DNA of 61,023 bases, from contig JAXLNO010000419.1 of assembly GCA_038087875.1 (NCBI GenBank), forward strand, positions 1 through 61,023, read 5' to 3'. Position 1 is the first letter of the stretch; each line of letters begins with the position of its first letter. The notes under the pieces were generated by a model. That model made no database searches, was not told where the DNA came from, and saw only the letters and a list, made by a program, of their open reading frames with translations. The position numbers were made by a program, and so were the translations under genes. The DNA comes from Malacoraja senta (Eukaryota). This document shows positions 37,357 to 50,200 of this stretch, piece after piece.

Positions 37357-39349
37357 TTCGGCGTTTTCTCGTTTTCCATGTATTTACCAGGGAAAATGAG
37401 AAAAACTCGAACCCGAAAACTCGACAAAATGCGAAAAAGAGAAAGAAACCGAGAGAAAAAGGAGGAACGGGCAAACAGGGAAAATGGAAAAAACCCCGAG
37501 AAAAACGAGAGAAAAATCGAAAACCCGAGAAAAACGAGAGAAAAAAGGGACCAACGGGTAAAGACAGGGAAAATGAGAAAAAGCCGAACCCGAAAATCCG
37601 AATAAATGCGAAAAACAGAAAAAAAAACGAGAGAAAAAAGAGCAACGGGCAAATATAGGGAAAATGAAAAAAAACCCGAGAAAAACGAGAAAAACCCGAA
37701 GAAACGAGCGAAAATAGGGAACAACGGGTAAAGATAGGGAAAATGAGAAAAAGCCGAAAACCCCAAAAATCTGAAAACGCGAAAAGACACGAGTGAAACA
37801 AGAGAAAGCGGGGAAACAGGGAATTTTAGAATAACAAACCAGAAAACCCGAAACAACCCTGTTTTACCCGTTCTTCTCTTATTTCGGGTTTTCTGGTTTG
37901 TTCGGGTTTTTCTTGTTTTCCCCTGTTTTTGCCCGTTTTGTCTTATTTCACTCATTTCTTTTCGCGTTTTCGGGTTTTTTCGGGTTTTCGGGTTATCGGG
38001 TTTGTTCGGATTTTTCTCATTTTCCCTCTTTTCCCTTTTTTCGCTCGTTTTTTTTAGGTTTTCTCTGGATTTTCTCGTTTTTATTTTCATTTCCCTGTTT
38101 TTTCCTGTTCCTCTCTTTTTTCTCTCGTTTATTTTTCTTTTTCGGGTTTGTTCGGCGTTTTCTCGTTTTCCATGTCTTTACCCGTTGTTCCCAGGGAAAA
38201 TGAGAAAATCCCGAACCCGAAAACCCGAATAAATGCGAAAAACAGAAAAAAAAACGAGACAAAAAAGAGGAACGGGCAAATATAGGGAAAATGAAAAAAA
38301 CTCCGAGAAAAACGAGAGAAAACCCGAAGAAACGAGCGAAAATAGGGAACAACGGGTAAAGACAGGGAAAATGAGAAAAAGCCGAAAACCCAAAAAATCT
38401 GAAAACGCGAATAGACAGGAGTGAAACAAGAGAAAGCGGGCAAAAACAGGGAAAATTAGAATAACAAACCAGAAAACCCGAAACAACCCTGTTTTACCCG
38501 TTCTTCTCCTTTTTCGGGTTTTCTGGTTTGTTCGGGTTTTTCTTATTTCACTCATTTCTTTTCGCGTTTTTGCTATTTCACTGATTTCTTTTCGCGTTTT
38601 CGGCTTATCGGCTTTGTTCGGGTTTATCTCATTTTCCCTGTCTTTTCCCGTTATTCCCTTTTTTCGCTCGTTTTTTTTAGGTTTTCTCTGGATTTTCTCG
38701 TTTTTATTTTCATTTCCGTTTTTTCCTGTTCCTCTCCATTTTCTCTCGTTTTTTTCTGTTTTTCGGGTTTGTTCGGCGTTTTCTCGTTTTCCATGTCTTT
38801 ACCCGTTGTTCCCAGGGAAAATGAGAAAAACTCGAACCCGAAAACCCGACAAAATGCGAAAAAGAGAAAGAAACCGAGAGAAAAAGGAGGAACGGGCAAA
38901 CAGGGAAAATGCAAAAAACCCCGAGAAAAACGAGAGAAAAATCGAAAACCCGAGAAAAACGAGAGAAAAAAGGGACCAACGGGTAAAGACAGGGAAAATG
39001 AGAAAAAGCCGAACCCGAAAACCCGAATATATGCGAAAAACAGAAAAAAAAACAGAAAACCCTAAACAACCCTGTTTTACCCGTTCTTCTCTTTTTTCGG
39101 GTTTTCTGGTTTGTTCGGGTTTTTCTTATTTTCCCTGTTTTTGCCCGTTTTCTCCTATTTCACTGATTCCTTCTCCCGTTTTCGGGTTTTTTCGGGATTT
39201 CGGGTTATCGGGTTTGTTCGTGTTTTTCTCATTTTCCCTGTCTTTTCCCGTTGTTCCCTTATTTTGCTCGTTTTTTGGGGGTTTTCTCTGGGTTTTCTCG
39301 GTTTTTTCTGTTTTTCGGGTTTGTTCGGCGTTTTCTCATTCTCTCTCTC
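37357..39349 (+). repeat. Full-length cassette
   Basis: Canonical termini. Confidence 0.95.
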
Positions 39350-40003
39350 TTAGGCTTAGGCTTAGGCCTAGGCCTAGGCTTAGGCTTAGGCTTAGGCTTA
39401 GGCTTAGGCTTAGGCTTAGGCTTAGGCTTAGGCTTAGGCTTAGGCTTAGGCTTAGGCTTAGGCTTAGGCTTAGGCTTAGGCTTAGGCTTAGGCTTAGGCT
39501 TAGGCTTAGGCTTAGGCTTAGGCTTAGGCTTAGGCTTAGGCTTAGGCTTAGGCTTAGGCTTAGGCTTAGGCTTAGGCTTAGGTTTAGGCTTAGGCTTAGA
39601 CTTAGGCTTAGGCTTTGGCTTTGGCTTTGGCTTTGGCTTTGGCTTTGGCTTTGGCTTTGGCTTTGGCTTTGGCTTTGGCTTTGGCTTTGGCTTAGGCTTA
39701 GGCTTAGGCTTAGGCTTAGGCTTAGGCTTAGGCTTAGGCTTAGGCTTAGGCTTAGGCTTAGGCTTAGGCTTAGGCTTAGGCTTAGGCTTAGGCTTAGGCT
39801 TAGGCTTAGGCTTAGGCTTAGGCTTAGGCTTAGGCTTAGGCTTAGGCTTAGGCTTAGGCTTAGGCTTAGGCTTAGGCTTAGGCTTAGGCTTAGGCTTAGG
39901 CTTAGGCTTAGGCTTAGGCTTAGGCTTAGGCTTAGGCTTAGGCTTAGGCTTAGGCTTAGGCTTAGGCTTAGGCTTAGGCTTAGGCTTAGGCTTAGGCTTA
40001 GGG
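39350..40003 (+). repeat. Spacer tract TTAGGC/TTTGGC/TTAGGC with no TTAGGG run
   Basis: Ends TTAGGG|AAAATG, the same junction as 13716. Confidence 0.95.
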
Positions 40004-41275
40004 AAAATGAAAAAAACTCCGAGAAAAACGAGAGAAAACCCGAAGAAACGAGCGAAAATAGGGAACAACGGGTAAAGACAGGGAAAATGCGAAAAAGCCG
40101 AAAACCCAAAAAATCTGAAAACGCGAATAGACAGGAGTGAAACAAGAGAAAGCGGGCAAAAACAGGGAAAATTAGAATAACAAACCAGAAAACCCGAAAC
40201 AACCCTGTTTTACCCGTTCTTCTCTTTTTTCGGGTTTTCTGGTTTGTTCGGGTTTTTCTTATTTCACTCATTTCTTTTCGCGTTTTTGCTATTTCACTGA
40301 TTTCTTTTCGCGTTTTCGGCTTATCGGCTTTGTTCGGGTTTATCTCATTTTCCCTGTCTTTTCCCGTTATTCCCTTTTTTCGCTCGTTTTTTTTAGGTTT
40401 TCTCTGGATTTTCTCGTTTTTATTTTCATTTCCGTTTTTTCCTGTTCCTCTCCATTTTCTCTCGTTTTTTTCTGTTTTTCGGGTTTGTTCGGCGTTTTCT
40501 CGTTTTCCATGTCTTTACCCGTTGTTCCCAGGGAAAATGAGAAAAACTCGAACCCGAAAACCCGACAAAATGCGAAAAAGAGAAAGAAACCGAGAGAAAA
40601 AGGAAGAACGGGCAAACAGGGAAAATGCAAAAAACCCCGAGAAAAACGAGAGAAAAATCGAAAACCCGAGAAAAACGAGAGAAAAAGGGACCAACGGGTA
40701 AAGACAGGGAAAATGAGAAAAAGCCGAACCCGAAAACCCGAATATATGCGAAAAACAGAAAAAAATGAGAGAAAAAAGAGCAACGGGCAAATACAGGGAA
40801 AATGAAAAAAAAACCGAGAAAAACGAGAGAAAACCCGAAGAAACGAGCGAAAATAGGGAACGGGTAAAAAGAGGGAAAATGAGAAAAAGCCGAAAACCCG
40901 AAAAAACCTGAAAACGCGAATAGACAGGAGTGAAAGAAGAGAAAGCGGTCAAAAACAGGAAAAATTAGAATAACAAACCAGAAAACCCTAAACAACCCTG
41001 TTTTACCCGTTCTTCTCTTTTTTCGGGTTTTCTGGTTTGTTCGGGTTTTTCTTATTTTCCCTGTTTTTGCCCGTTTTCTCCTATTTCACTGATTCCTTCT
41101 CCCGTTTTCGGGTTTTTTCGGGATTTCGGGTTATCGGGTTTGTTCGTGTTTTTCTCATTTTCCCTGTCTTTTCCCGTTGTTCCCTTATTTTGCTCGTTTT
41201 TTGGGGGTTTTCTCTGGGTTTTCTCGGTTTTTTCTGTTTTTCGGGTTTGTTCGGCGTTTTCTCATTCTCTCTCTC
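40004..41275 (+). repeat. Type B cassette, the last non-hexamer sequence before the terminal tract
   Basis: Same start and extra segment (~40766-40977) as 13717-14995. Confidence 0.92.
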
Positions 41276-44200
41276 TTAGCCTTAGGCTTAGGCTTAGGCT
41301 TAGGCTTAGGCTTAGGCTTAGGCTTAGGCTTAGGCTTAGGCTTAGGCTTAGGCTTAGGCTTAGGCTTAGGCTTAGGCTTAGGCTTAGGCTTAGGCTTAGG
41401 CTTAGGCTTAGGCTTAGGCTTAGGCTTAGGCTTAGGCTTAGGCTTAGGCTTAGGCTTAGGCTTAGGCTTAGGCTTAGGCTTAGGCTTAGGCTTAGGCTTA
41501 GGCTTAGGCTTTGGCTTTGGCTTTGGCTTTGGCTTTGGCTTTGGCTTTGGCTTTGGCTTTGGCTTTGGCTTTGGCTTTGGCTTTGGCTTTGGCTTTGGCT
41601 TTGGCTTTGGCTTTGGCTTTGGCTTTGGCTTTGGCTTTGGCTTTGGCTTTGGCTTTGGCTTTGGCTTTGGCTTTGGCTTTGGCTTTGGCTTTGGCTTTGG
41701 CTTTGGCTTTGGCTTTGGCTTTGGCTTTGGCTTTGGCTTTGGCTTTGGCTTTGGCTTTGGCTTTGGCTTTGGCTTTGGCTTTGGCTTTGGCTTTGGCTTT
41801 GGCTTTGGCTTTGGCTTTGGCTTTGGCTTTGGCTTTGGCTTTGGCTTTGGCTTTGGCTTTGGCTTTGGCTTTGGCTTTGGCTTTGGCTTTGGCTTTGGCT
41901 TTGGCTTTGGCTTTGGCTTTGGCTTTGGCTTTGGCTTTGGCTTTGGCTTTGGCTTTGGCTTTGGCTTTGGCTTTGGCTTTGGCTTTGGCTTTGGCTTTGG
42001 CTTTGGCTTTGGCTTTGGCTTTGGCTTTGGCTTTGGCTTTGGCTTTGGCTTTGGCTTTGGCTTTGGCTTTGGCTTTGGCTTTGGCTTTGGCTCTGGCTCA
42101 GGCTTAGGCTTAGGCTTAGTCTTAGGCTTAGGCTTAGGCTTAGGCTTAGGCTTAGGCTTAGGCTTAGGCTTAGGCTTAGGCTTAGGCTTAGGCTTAGGCT
42201 TAGGCTTAGGCTTAGGCTTAGGCTTAGGCTTAGGCGTAGGCTTAGGCTTAGGCTTAGGCTTAGGCTTAGGCTTAGGCTTAGGCTTAGGCTTAGGCTTAGG
42301 CTTAGGCTTAGGCTTAGGCTTAGGCTTAGGCTTAGGCTAAGGCTTTGGCTTTGGCTTTGGCTTTGGCTTTGGCTTAGGCTTAGGCTTAGGCTTAGGCTTA
42401 GGCTTAGGCTTAGGCTTAGGCTTAGGCTTAGGCTTAGGCTTAGGCTTAGGCTTAGGCTTAGGCTTAGGCTTAGGCTTAGGCTAAGGCTTTGGCTTTGGCT
42501 TTGGCTTTGGCTTTGGCTTTGGCTTTGGCTTTGGCTTTGGCTTTGGCTTTGGCTTTGGCTTTGGCTTTGGCTTTGGCTTTGGCTTTGGCTTTGGCTTTGG
42601 CTTTGGCTTTGGCTTTGGCTTTGGCTTTGGCTTTGGCTTTGGCTTTGGCTTTGGCTTTGGCTTTGGCTTTGGCTTTGGCTTTGGCTTTGGCTTTGGCTTT
42701 GGCTTTGGCTTTGGCTTTGGCTTTGGCTTTGGCTTTGGCTTTGGCTTTGGCTTTGGCTTTGGCTTTGGCTTTGGCTTTGGCTTTGGCTTTGGCTTTGGCT
42801 TTGGCTTTGGCTTTGGCTTTGGCTTTGGCTTTGGCTTTGGCTTTGGCTTTGGCTTTGGCTTTGGCTTTGGCTTTGGCTTTGGCTTTGGCTTTGGCTTTGG
42901 CTTTGGCTTTGGCTTTGGCTTTGGCTTTGGCTTTGGCTTTGGCTTTGGCTTTGGCTTTGGCTTTGGCTTTGGCTTTGGCTTTGGCTTTGCCTTTGGCTTT
43001 GGCTTTGGCTTTGGCTTTGGCTTTGGCTTTGGCTTTGGCTTTGGCTTTGGCTTTGGCTTTGGCTTTGGCTTTGGCTTTGGCTTTGGCTTTGGCTTTGGCT
43101 TTGGCTTTGGCTTAGGCTTAGTCTTAGGCTTAGGCTTAGGCTTAGGCTTTGGCTTAGGCTTAGGCTTAGGCTTAGGCTTAGGCTTAGGCTTAGGCTTAGG
43201 CTTAGGCTTAGGCTTAGGCTTAGGCTTAGGCTTAGGCTTAGGCTTAGGCTTAGGCTTAGGCTTAGGCTTAGGCTTAGGCTTAGGCTTAGGCTTAGGCTTA
43301 GGCTTAGGCTTAGGCTTAGGCTTAGGCTTAGGCTTAGGCTTAGGCTTAGGCTTAGGCTTAGGCTTAGGCTTAGGCTTAGGCTTAGGCTTAGGCTTAGGCT
43401 TAGGCTTAGGCTTAGGCTTAGGCTTAGGCTTAGGCTTAGGCTTAGGCTTAGGCTTAGGCTTAGGCTTAGGCTTTGGCTTTGGCTTTGGCTTTGGCTTTGG
43501 CTTTGGCTTAGGCTTAGGCTTAGGCTTAGGCTTAGGCTTAGGCTTAGCCTTAGGCTTAGGCTTAGCCTTAGGCTTAGGCTTAGGCTTAGGCTTAGGCTTA
43601 GGCTTAGGCTTAGGCTTAGGCTTAGGCTTAGGCTTAGGCTTAGGCTTAGGCTTAGGCTTAGGCTTAGGCTTAGGCTTAGGCTTAGGCTTAGGCTTAGGCT
43701 TAGGCTTAGGCTTAGGCTTAGGCTTTGGCTTTGGCTTTGGCTTTGGCTTTGGCTTTGGCTTTGGCTTTGGCTTTGGCTTAGGCTTTGGCTTTGGCTTAGG
43801 CTTAGGCTTAGGCTTAGGCTTAGGCTTAGGCTTAGGCTTAGGCTTAGGCTTAGGCTTAGGCTTAGGCTTAGGCTTAGGCTTAGGCTTAGGCTTAGGCTTA
43901 GCCTTAGGCTTAGGCTTAGGCTTAGGCTTAGGCTTAGTCTTAGGCTTAGCCTTAGGCTTAGGCTTAGGCTTAGGCTTAGGCTTAGGCTTAGGCTTAGGCT
44001 TAGGCTTAGGCTTAGGCTTAGGGTTAGGTTAGGCTTAGGCTTAGGCTTAGGCTTAGGCTTAGGCTTAGGCTTAGGCTTAGGCTTAGGCTTAGGCTTAGGC
44101 TTAGGCTTAGGCTTAGGCTTAGGCTTAGGTTTAGGCTTAGGCTTAGGCTTAGGCTTAGGCTTAGGCTTAGGCTTAGGCTTAGGCTTAGGCTTAGGCTTAG

Positions 44201-47200
44201 GCTTAGGGTTAGGGTTAGGGTTAGGGTTAGGGTTAGGGTTAGGCTTAGGCTTAGGCTTAGGCTTAGGCTTAGGCTTAGGCTTAGGCTTAGGCTTAGGCTT
44301 AGGCTTAGACTTAGGCTTAGGCTTAGGCTTAGGCTTAGGCTTAGGCTTAGGCTTAGGCTTAGGCTTAGGCTTAGGCTTAGGCTTAGGCTTAGGCTTAGGC
44401 TTAGGCTTAGGCTTTGGCTTTGGCTTTGGCTTTGGCTTTGGCTTTGGCTTTGGCTTTGGCTTTGGCTTTGGCTTTGGCTTTGGCTTTGGCTTTGGCTTTG
44501 GCTTTGGCTTTGGCTTAGGCTTAGGCTTAGGCTTAGGCTTAGGCTTAGGCTTAGGCTTAGGCTTAGGCTTAGGCTTAGGCTTAGGCTTAGGCTTAGGCTT
44601 AGGCTTAGGCTTAGGCTTAGGCTTAGGCTTAGGCTTAGGCTTAGGCTTAGGCTTAGGCTTAGGCTTAGGCTTTGGCTTTGGCTTTGGTTTTGGCTTTGGT
44701 TTTGGCTTTGGCTTTGGCTTTGGCTTTGGCTTTGGCTTTAGCTTAGGCTTAGCCTTAGGCTTAGGCTTAGGCTTAGGCTTAGGCTTAGGCTTAGGCTTAG
44801 GCTTAAGCTTAGGCTTAGGCTTAGGCTTAGGCTTAGGCTTAGGCTTAGGCTTAGGCTTAGGCTTAGGCTTAGGCTTAGGCTTAGGCTTAGGCTTAGGCTT
44901 AGGCTTAGACTTAGGCTTAGGCTTAGGCTTAGGCTTAGGCTTAGGCTTAGGCTTAGGCTTAGGCTTAGGCTTAGGCTTAGGCTTTGGCTTTGGCTTTGGC
45001 TTTGGCTTTGGCTTTGGCTTTGGCTTTGGCTTTGGCTTTGGTTTTGGCTTTGGCTTAGGCTTAGGCTTAGGCTTAGGCTTAGGCTTAGGCTTAGGCTTAG
45101 GCTTAGGCTTAGGCTTAGGCTTAGGCTTAGCCTTAGGCTTAGGCTTAGGCTTAGGCTTAGGCTTAGGCTTAGGCTTAGGCTTAGGCTTAGGCTTAGGCTT
45201 AGGCTTAGGGTTAGGCTTAGGCTTAGGCTTAGGCTTAGGCTTAGGCTTAGGCTTAGGCTTAGGCTTAGGCTTAGGCTTAGGCTTAGGCTTAGGCTTAGGC
45301 TTTGGCTTAGGCTTTGGCTTTGGCTTTGGCTTTGGCTTTGGCTTTGGCTTTGGCTTTGGCTTTGGCTTTGGCTTTGGCTTTGGCTTTGGCTTTGGCTTTG
45401 GCTTTGGCTTTGGCTTTGGCTTTGGCTTTGGCTTTGGCTTTGGCTTTGGCTTTGGCTTTGGCTTTGGCTTTGGCTTTGGCTTAGGCTTAGGCTTAGGCTT
45501 AGGCTTAGGCTTAGGCTTAGGCTTAGGCTTAGGCTTAGGCTTAGGCTTAGGTTTAGCCTTAGCCTTAGGCTTAGGCTTAGGCTTAGGCTTAGGCTTAGGC
45601 TTAGGCTTAGGCTTAGGGTTAGGCTTAGGGTTAGGGTTAGGGTTAGGCTTAGGCTTAGGCTTAGGCTTAGGCTTAGGCTTAGGCTTAGGCTTAGGCTTAG
45701 GCTTAGGCTTAGGCTTAGGTTTAGGCTTAGGCTTAGGCTTAGGCTTAGGCTTAGGCTTAGGCTTAGGCTTAGGCTTAGGCTTAGGCTTAGGCTTAGGCTT
45801 AGGCTTAGGCTTAGGCTTAGGCTTAGGCTTAGGCTTAGGCTTAGGCTTAGGCTTAGGCTTAGGCTTAGGCTTAGGCTTAGGCTTAGGCTTAGGCTTAGGC
45901 TTAGGCTTAGGCTTAGGCTTAGGCTTAGGCTTAGGCTTAGGCTTAGGCTTAGGCTTAGCTTAGGCTTAGGCTTAGGCTTAGGCTTAGGCTTAGGCTTAGG
46001 CTTAGGCTTAGGCTTAGGCTTAGGCTTTGGCTTTGGCTTTGGCTTTGGCTTTGGCTTTGGCTTTGGCTTTGGCTTTGGCTTTGGCTTTGGCTTTGGCTTT
46101 GGCTTTGGCTTTGGCTTTGGCTTTGGCTTTGGCTTTGGCTTTGGCTTTGGCTTTGGCTTTGGCTTTGGCTTTGGCTTTGGCTTTGGCTTTGGCTTTGGCT
46201 TTGGCTTTGGCTTTGGCTTTGGCTTTGGCTTTGGCTTTGGCTTTGGCTTTGGCTTTGGCTTTGGCTTTGGCTTTGGCTTTGGCTTTGGCTTTGGCTTTGG
46301 CTTTGGCTTTGGCTTTGGCTTTGGCTTTGGCTTTGGCTTTGGCTTTGGCTTTGGCTTTGGCTTTGGCTTTGGCTTTGGCTTAGGTTTAGGCTTAGGCTTA
46401 GGCTTAGGCTTAGACTTAGGCTTAGGCTTAGGCTTAGGCTTAGGCTTAGGCTTAGGCTTAGGCTTAGGCTTAGGCTTAGGCTTAGGCTTAGGCTTAGGCT
46501 TAGGCTTAGGCTTAGGCTTAGGCTTCGGCTTAGGCTTCGGCTTAGGCTTCGGCTTAGGCTTAGGCTTAGGCTTAGGCTTAGGCTTAGGCTTAGGCTTAGG
46601 CTTAGGCTTAGGCTTAGGCTTAGGCTTAGGCTTAGGCTTAGGCTTAGGCTTAGGCTTAGGCTTAGGCTTAGGCTTTGGCTTAGTCTTAGGCTTAGGCTTA
46701 GGCTTAGGCTTAGGCTTAGGCTTAGGCTTAGGCTTAGGCTTAGGCTTTGGCTTTGGCTTTGGCTTTGGCTTTGGCTTTGGCTTTGGCTTTGGCTTTGGCT
46801 TTGGCTTTGGCTTTGGCTTTGGCTTTGGCTTTGGCTTTGGCTTTGGCTTAGGCTTTGGCTTTGGCTTTGGCTTAGGCTTTGGCTTTGGCTTTGGCTTAGG
46901 CTTTGGCTTAGGCTTAGGCTTAGGCTTTGGCTTTGGCTTTGGCTTTGGCTTTGGCTTAGGTTTAGGCTTAGGCTTAGGCTTAGGCTTAGGCTTAGGCTTA
47001 GGCTTAGGCTTAGGCTTAGGCTTAGGCTTAGGCTTAGGCTTAGGTTTAGCCTTAGCCTTAGGCTTAGGCTTAGGCTTAGGCTTAGGCTTAGGCTTAGGCT
47101 TAGGCTTAGGCTTAGGGTTAGGCTTAGGGTTAGGGTTAGGGTTAGGCTTAGGGTTAGGGTTAGGGTTAGGCTTAGGCTTAGGCTTAGGCTTAGGCTTAGG

Positions 47201-50200
47201 CTTAGGCTTAGGCTTAGGCTTAGGCTTAGGTTTAGGCTTAGGCTTAGGCTTAGGCTTAGGCTTAGGCTTAGGCTTAGGCTTAGGCTTAGGCTTAGGCTTA
47301 GGCTTAGGCTTAGGCTTAGGCTTAGGCTTAGGCTTAGGCTTAGGCTTAGGCATAGGCTTAGGCTTAGGCTTAGGCTTAGGCTTAGGCTTAGGCTTAGGCT
47401 TAGGCTTAGGCTTAGGCTTAGGCTTAGGCTTAGGCTTAGGCTTTGGCTTTGGTTTTGGCTTTGGCTTAGGCTTAGGCTTAGGCTTAGGCTTAGGCTTAGG
47501 CTCAGGCTTAGGCTTAGGCTTAGGCTTAGGCTTAGGCTTAGGCTTAGGCTTAGGCTTAGGCTTAGGCTTAGGCTTAGGGTTAGGGTTAGGCTTAGGCTTA
47601 GGCTTAGGCTTAGGCTTAGGCTTAGGCTTAGGCTTAGGCTTAGGCTTAGGCTTAGGCTTAGGCTTAGGCTTTGGCTTTGGCTTAGGCTTTGGCTTTGGCT
47701 TTGGCTTTGGCTTTGGCTTTGGCTTTGGCTTTGGCTTTGGCTTTGGCTTTGGCTTTGGCTTTGGCTTTGGCTTAGGCTTAGGCTTAGGCTTAGGCTTTGG
47801 CTTAGGCTTAGGCTTAGGCTTTGGCTTTGGCTTGGCTTTGGCTTTGGCTTTGCTTTGGCTTTGGCTTTGGCTTTGGCTTTGGCTTTGGCTTTGGCTTTGG
47901 CTTTGGCTTTGGCTTTGGCTTTGGCTTTGGCTTTGGCTTTGGCTTTGGCTTTGGCTTTGGCTTTGGCTTTGGCTTTGGCTTTGGCTTTGGCTTTGGCTTA
48001 GGTTTAGGCTTAGGCTTAGGCTTAGGCTTAGGCTTAGGCTTAGGCTTAGGCTTAGGCTTAGGCTTAGGCTTAGGCTTAGCCTTAGGCTTAGGCTTAGGCT
48101 TAGGCTTAGGCTTAGGCTTAGGCTTAGGCTTAGGCTTAGGCTTAGGCTTAGGCTTAGGCTTAGGCTTAGGTTTAGCCTTAGCCTTAGGCTTAGGCTTAGG
48201 CTTAGGCTTAGGCTTAGGCTTAGGCTTAGGCTTAGGGTTAGGCTTAGGGTTAGGGTCAGGGTTAGGCTGAGGGTTAGGGTTAGGGTTAGGGTTAGGCTTA
48301 GGCTTAGGCTTAGGCTTAGGCTTAGGCTTAGGCTTAGGCTTAGGCTTAGGCTTAGGCTTAGGCTTAGGTTTAGGCTTAGGCTTAGGCTTAGGCTTAGGCT
48401 TAGGCTTAGGCTTAGGCTTAGGCTTAGGCTTAGGCTTAGGCTTAGGCTTAGGCTTAGGCTTAGGCTTAGGCTTAGGCTTAGGCTTAGGCTTAGGCTTAGG
48501 CTTAGGCTTAGGTTTAGGCTTAGGCTTAGGCTTAGGCTTAGGCTTAGGCTTAGGCTTAGGCTTAGGCTTAGGCTTAGGCTTAGGCTTAGGCTTAGGCATA
48601 GGCTTAGGCTTAGGCTTAGGCTTAGGCTTAGGCTTAGGCTTAGGCTTAGGCTTAGGCTTAGGCTTAGGCTTAGGCTTAGGCTTTGGCTTTGGCTTTGGCT
48701 TTGGCTTTGGCTTTGGCTTTGGCTTTGGCTTTGGCTTTGGCTTTGGCTTTGGCTTTGGCTTTGGCTTTGGCTTTGGCTTTGGCTTTGGCTTTGGCTTTGG
48801 CTTTGGCTTTGACTTTGGCTTTGGCTTTGGCTTAGGTTTAGGCTTAGGCTTAGGCTTAGGCTTAGGCTTAGGCTTAGGCTTAGGCTTAGGCTTAGGCTTA
48901 GGCTTAGGCTTAGGCTTAGGCTTAGGCTTCGGCTTAGGCTTCGGCTTCGGCTTAGGCTTAGGCTTAGGCTTAGGCTTATGCTTAGGCTTATGCTTAGGCT
49001 TAGGCTTAGGCTTAGGCTTAGGCTTAGGCTTAGGCTTAGGCTTAGGCTTAGGCTTAGGCTTAGGATTAGGCTTAGGCTTAGGCTTAGGCTTAGGCTTAGG
49101 CTTAGGCTTAGGCTTAGGCTTAGGCTTAGGCTTAGGCTTAGGCTTAGGCTTAGGCTTAGGCTTAGGCTTAGGCTTAGGCATAGGCTTTGGCTTAGGCTTA
49201 GGCTTAGGCTTAGGCTTAGGCTTAGGCTTAGGCTTTGGCTTTGGCTTTGGCTTTGGCTTTGGCTTTGGCTTTGGCTTTGGCTTTGGCTTTGGCTTAGGCT
49301 TTGGCTTTGGCTTAGGCTTTGGCTTAGGCTTAGGCTTAGGCTTTGGCTTTGGCTTTGGCTTTGGCTTTGGCTTAGGCTTAGGCTTAGGCTTAGGCTTAGG
49401 CTTAGGCTTAGGCTTAGGCTTAGGCTTAGGCTTAGGCTTAGGCTTAGGCTTAGGCTTAGGCTTAGGCTTAGGCTTAGGCTTAGGCTTAGGCTTAGGCTTA
49501 GGCTTAGGCTTAGGCTTAGGCTTAGGCATAGGCTTAGGCTTAGGCTTAGGCATAGGCTTAGGCTTAGGCTTAGGCTTAGGCTTAGGCTTAGGCTTAGGCT
49601 TAGGCTTAGGCTTAGGCTTAGGCTTTGGCTTTGGCTTTGGCTTTGGCTTTGGCTTTGGCTTTGGCTTTGGCTTTGGCTTTGGCTTAGGCTTTGGCTTAGG
49701 CTTAGGCTTAGGCTTAGGCTTAGGCTTAGGCTTAGGCTTAGGCTTAGGCTTAGGCTTAGGCTTAGGCTTAGGCTTAGGCTTAGGCTTAGGCTTAGGCTTA
49801 GGCTTAAGCTTAGGCTTAGGCTTAAGCTTAGGCTTAGGCTTAGGCTTAGGCTTAGGCTTAGGCTTCGGCTTCGGCTTAGGCTTAGGCTTAGGCTTAGGCT
49901 TAGGCTTAGGCTTAGGCTTAGGCTTAGGCTTAGGCTTAGGCTTAGGCTTAGGCTTAGGCTTAGGCTTAGGCTTAGGCTTTGGCTTAGGCTTAGGCTTAGG
50001 CTTAGGCTTAGGCTTAGTCTTAGGCTTAGGCTTTGGCTTTGGCTTTGGCTTTGGCTTTGGCTTTGGCTTTGGCTTTGGCTTTGGCTTTGGCTTTGGCTTT
50101 GGTTTAGGCTTAGGCTTAGGCTTAGGCTTAGGCTTAGGCTTAGGCTTAGGCTTTGGCTTTGGCTTTGGCTTTGGCTTTGGCTTTGGCTTTGGCTTTGGCT

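Larger units (their letters stand above)
1..41275 (+). repeat. Subtelomeric tandem array of a ~2-kb non-coding cassette interspersed with telomeric hexamer tracts
   Basis: Near-identical unit recurs, starting (G)TTCGGCGTTTTCTCGTTTTCCATGTATTTACCAGGG and ending GTTCGGCGTTTTCTCATTCTCTCTCTC, separated by TTAGGC/TTAGGG tracts. Confidence 0.97.

Noticed and set aside
1..41275. Hundreds of F/S-rich or K/R/E-rich ORFs in the cassette
   Set aside because: They arise from A/T strand skew with few stops. Frames are not conserved between near-identical copies, and no RT, integrase or helicase motifs are visible.
1..41275. CRISPR-like repeat/spacer pattern
   Set aside because: The 'spacers' are near-identical 2-kb units and the 'repeats' are telomeric hexamers; no cas genes.
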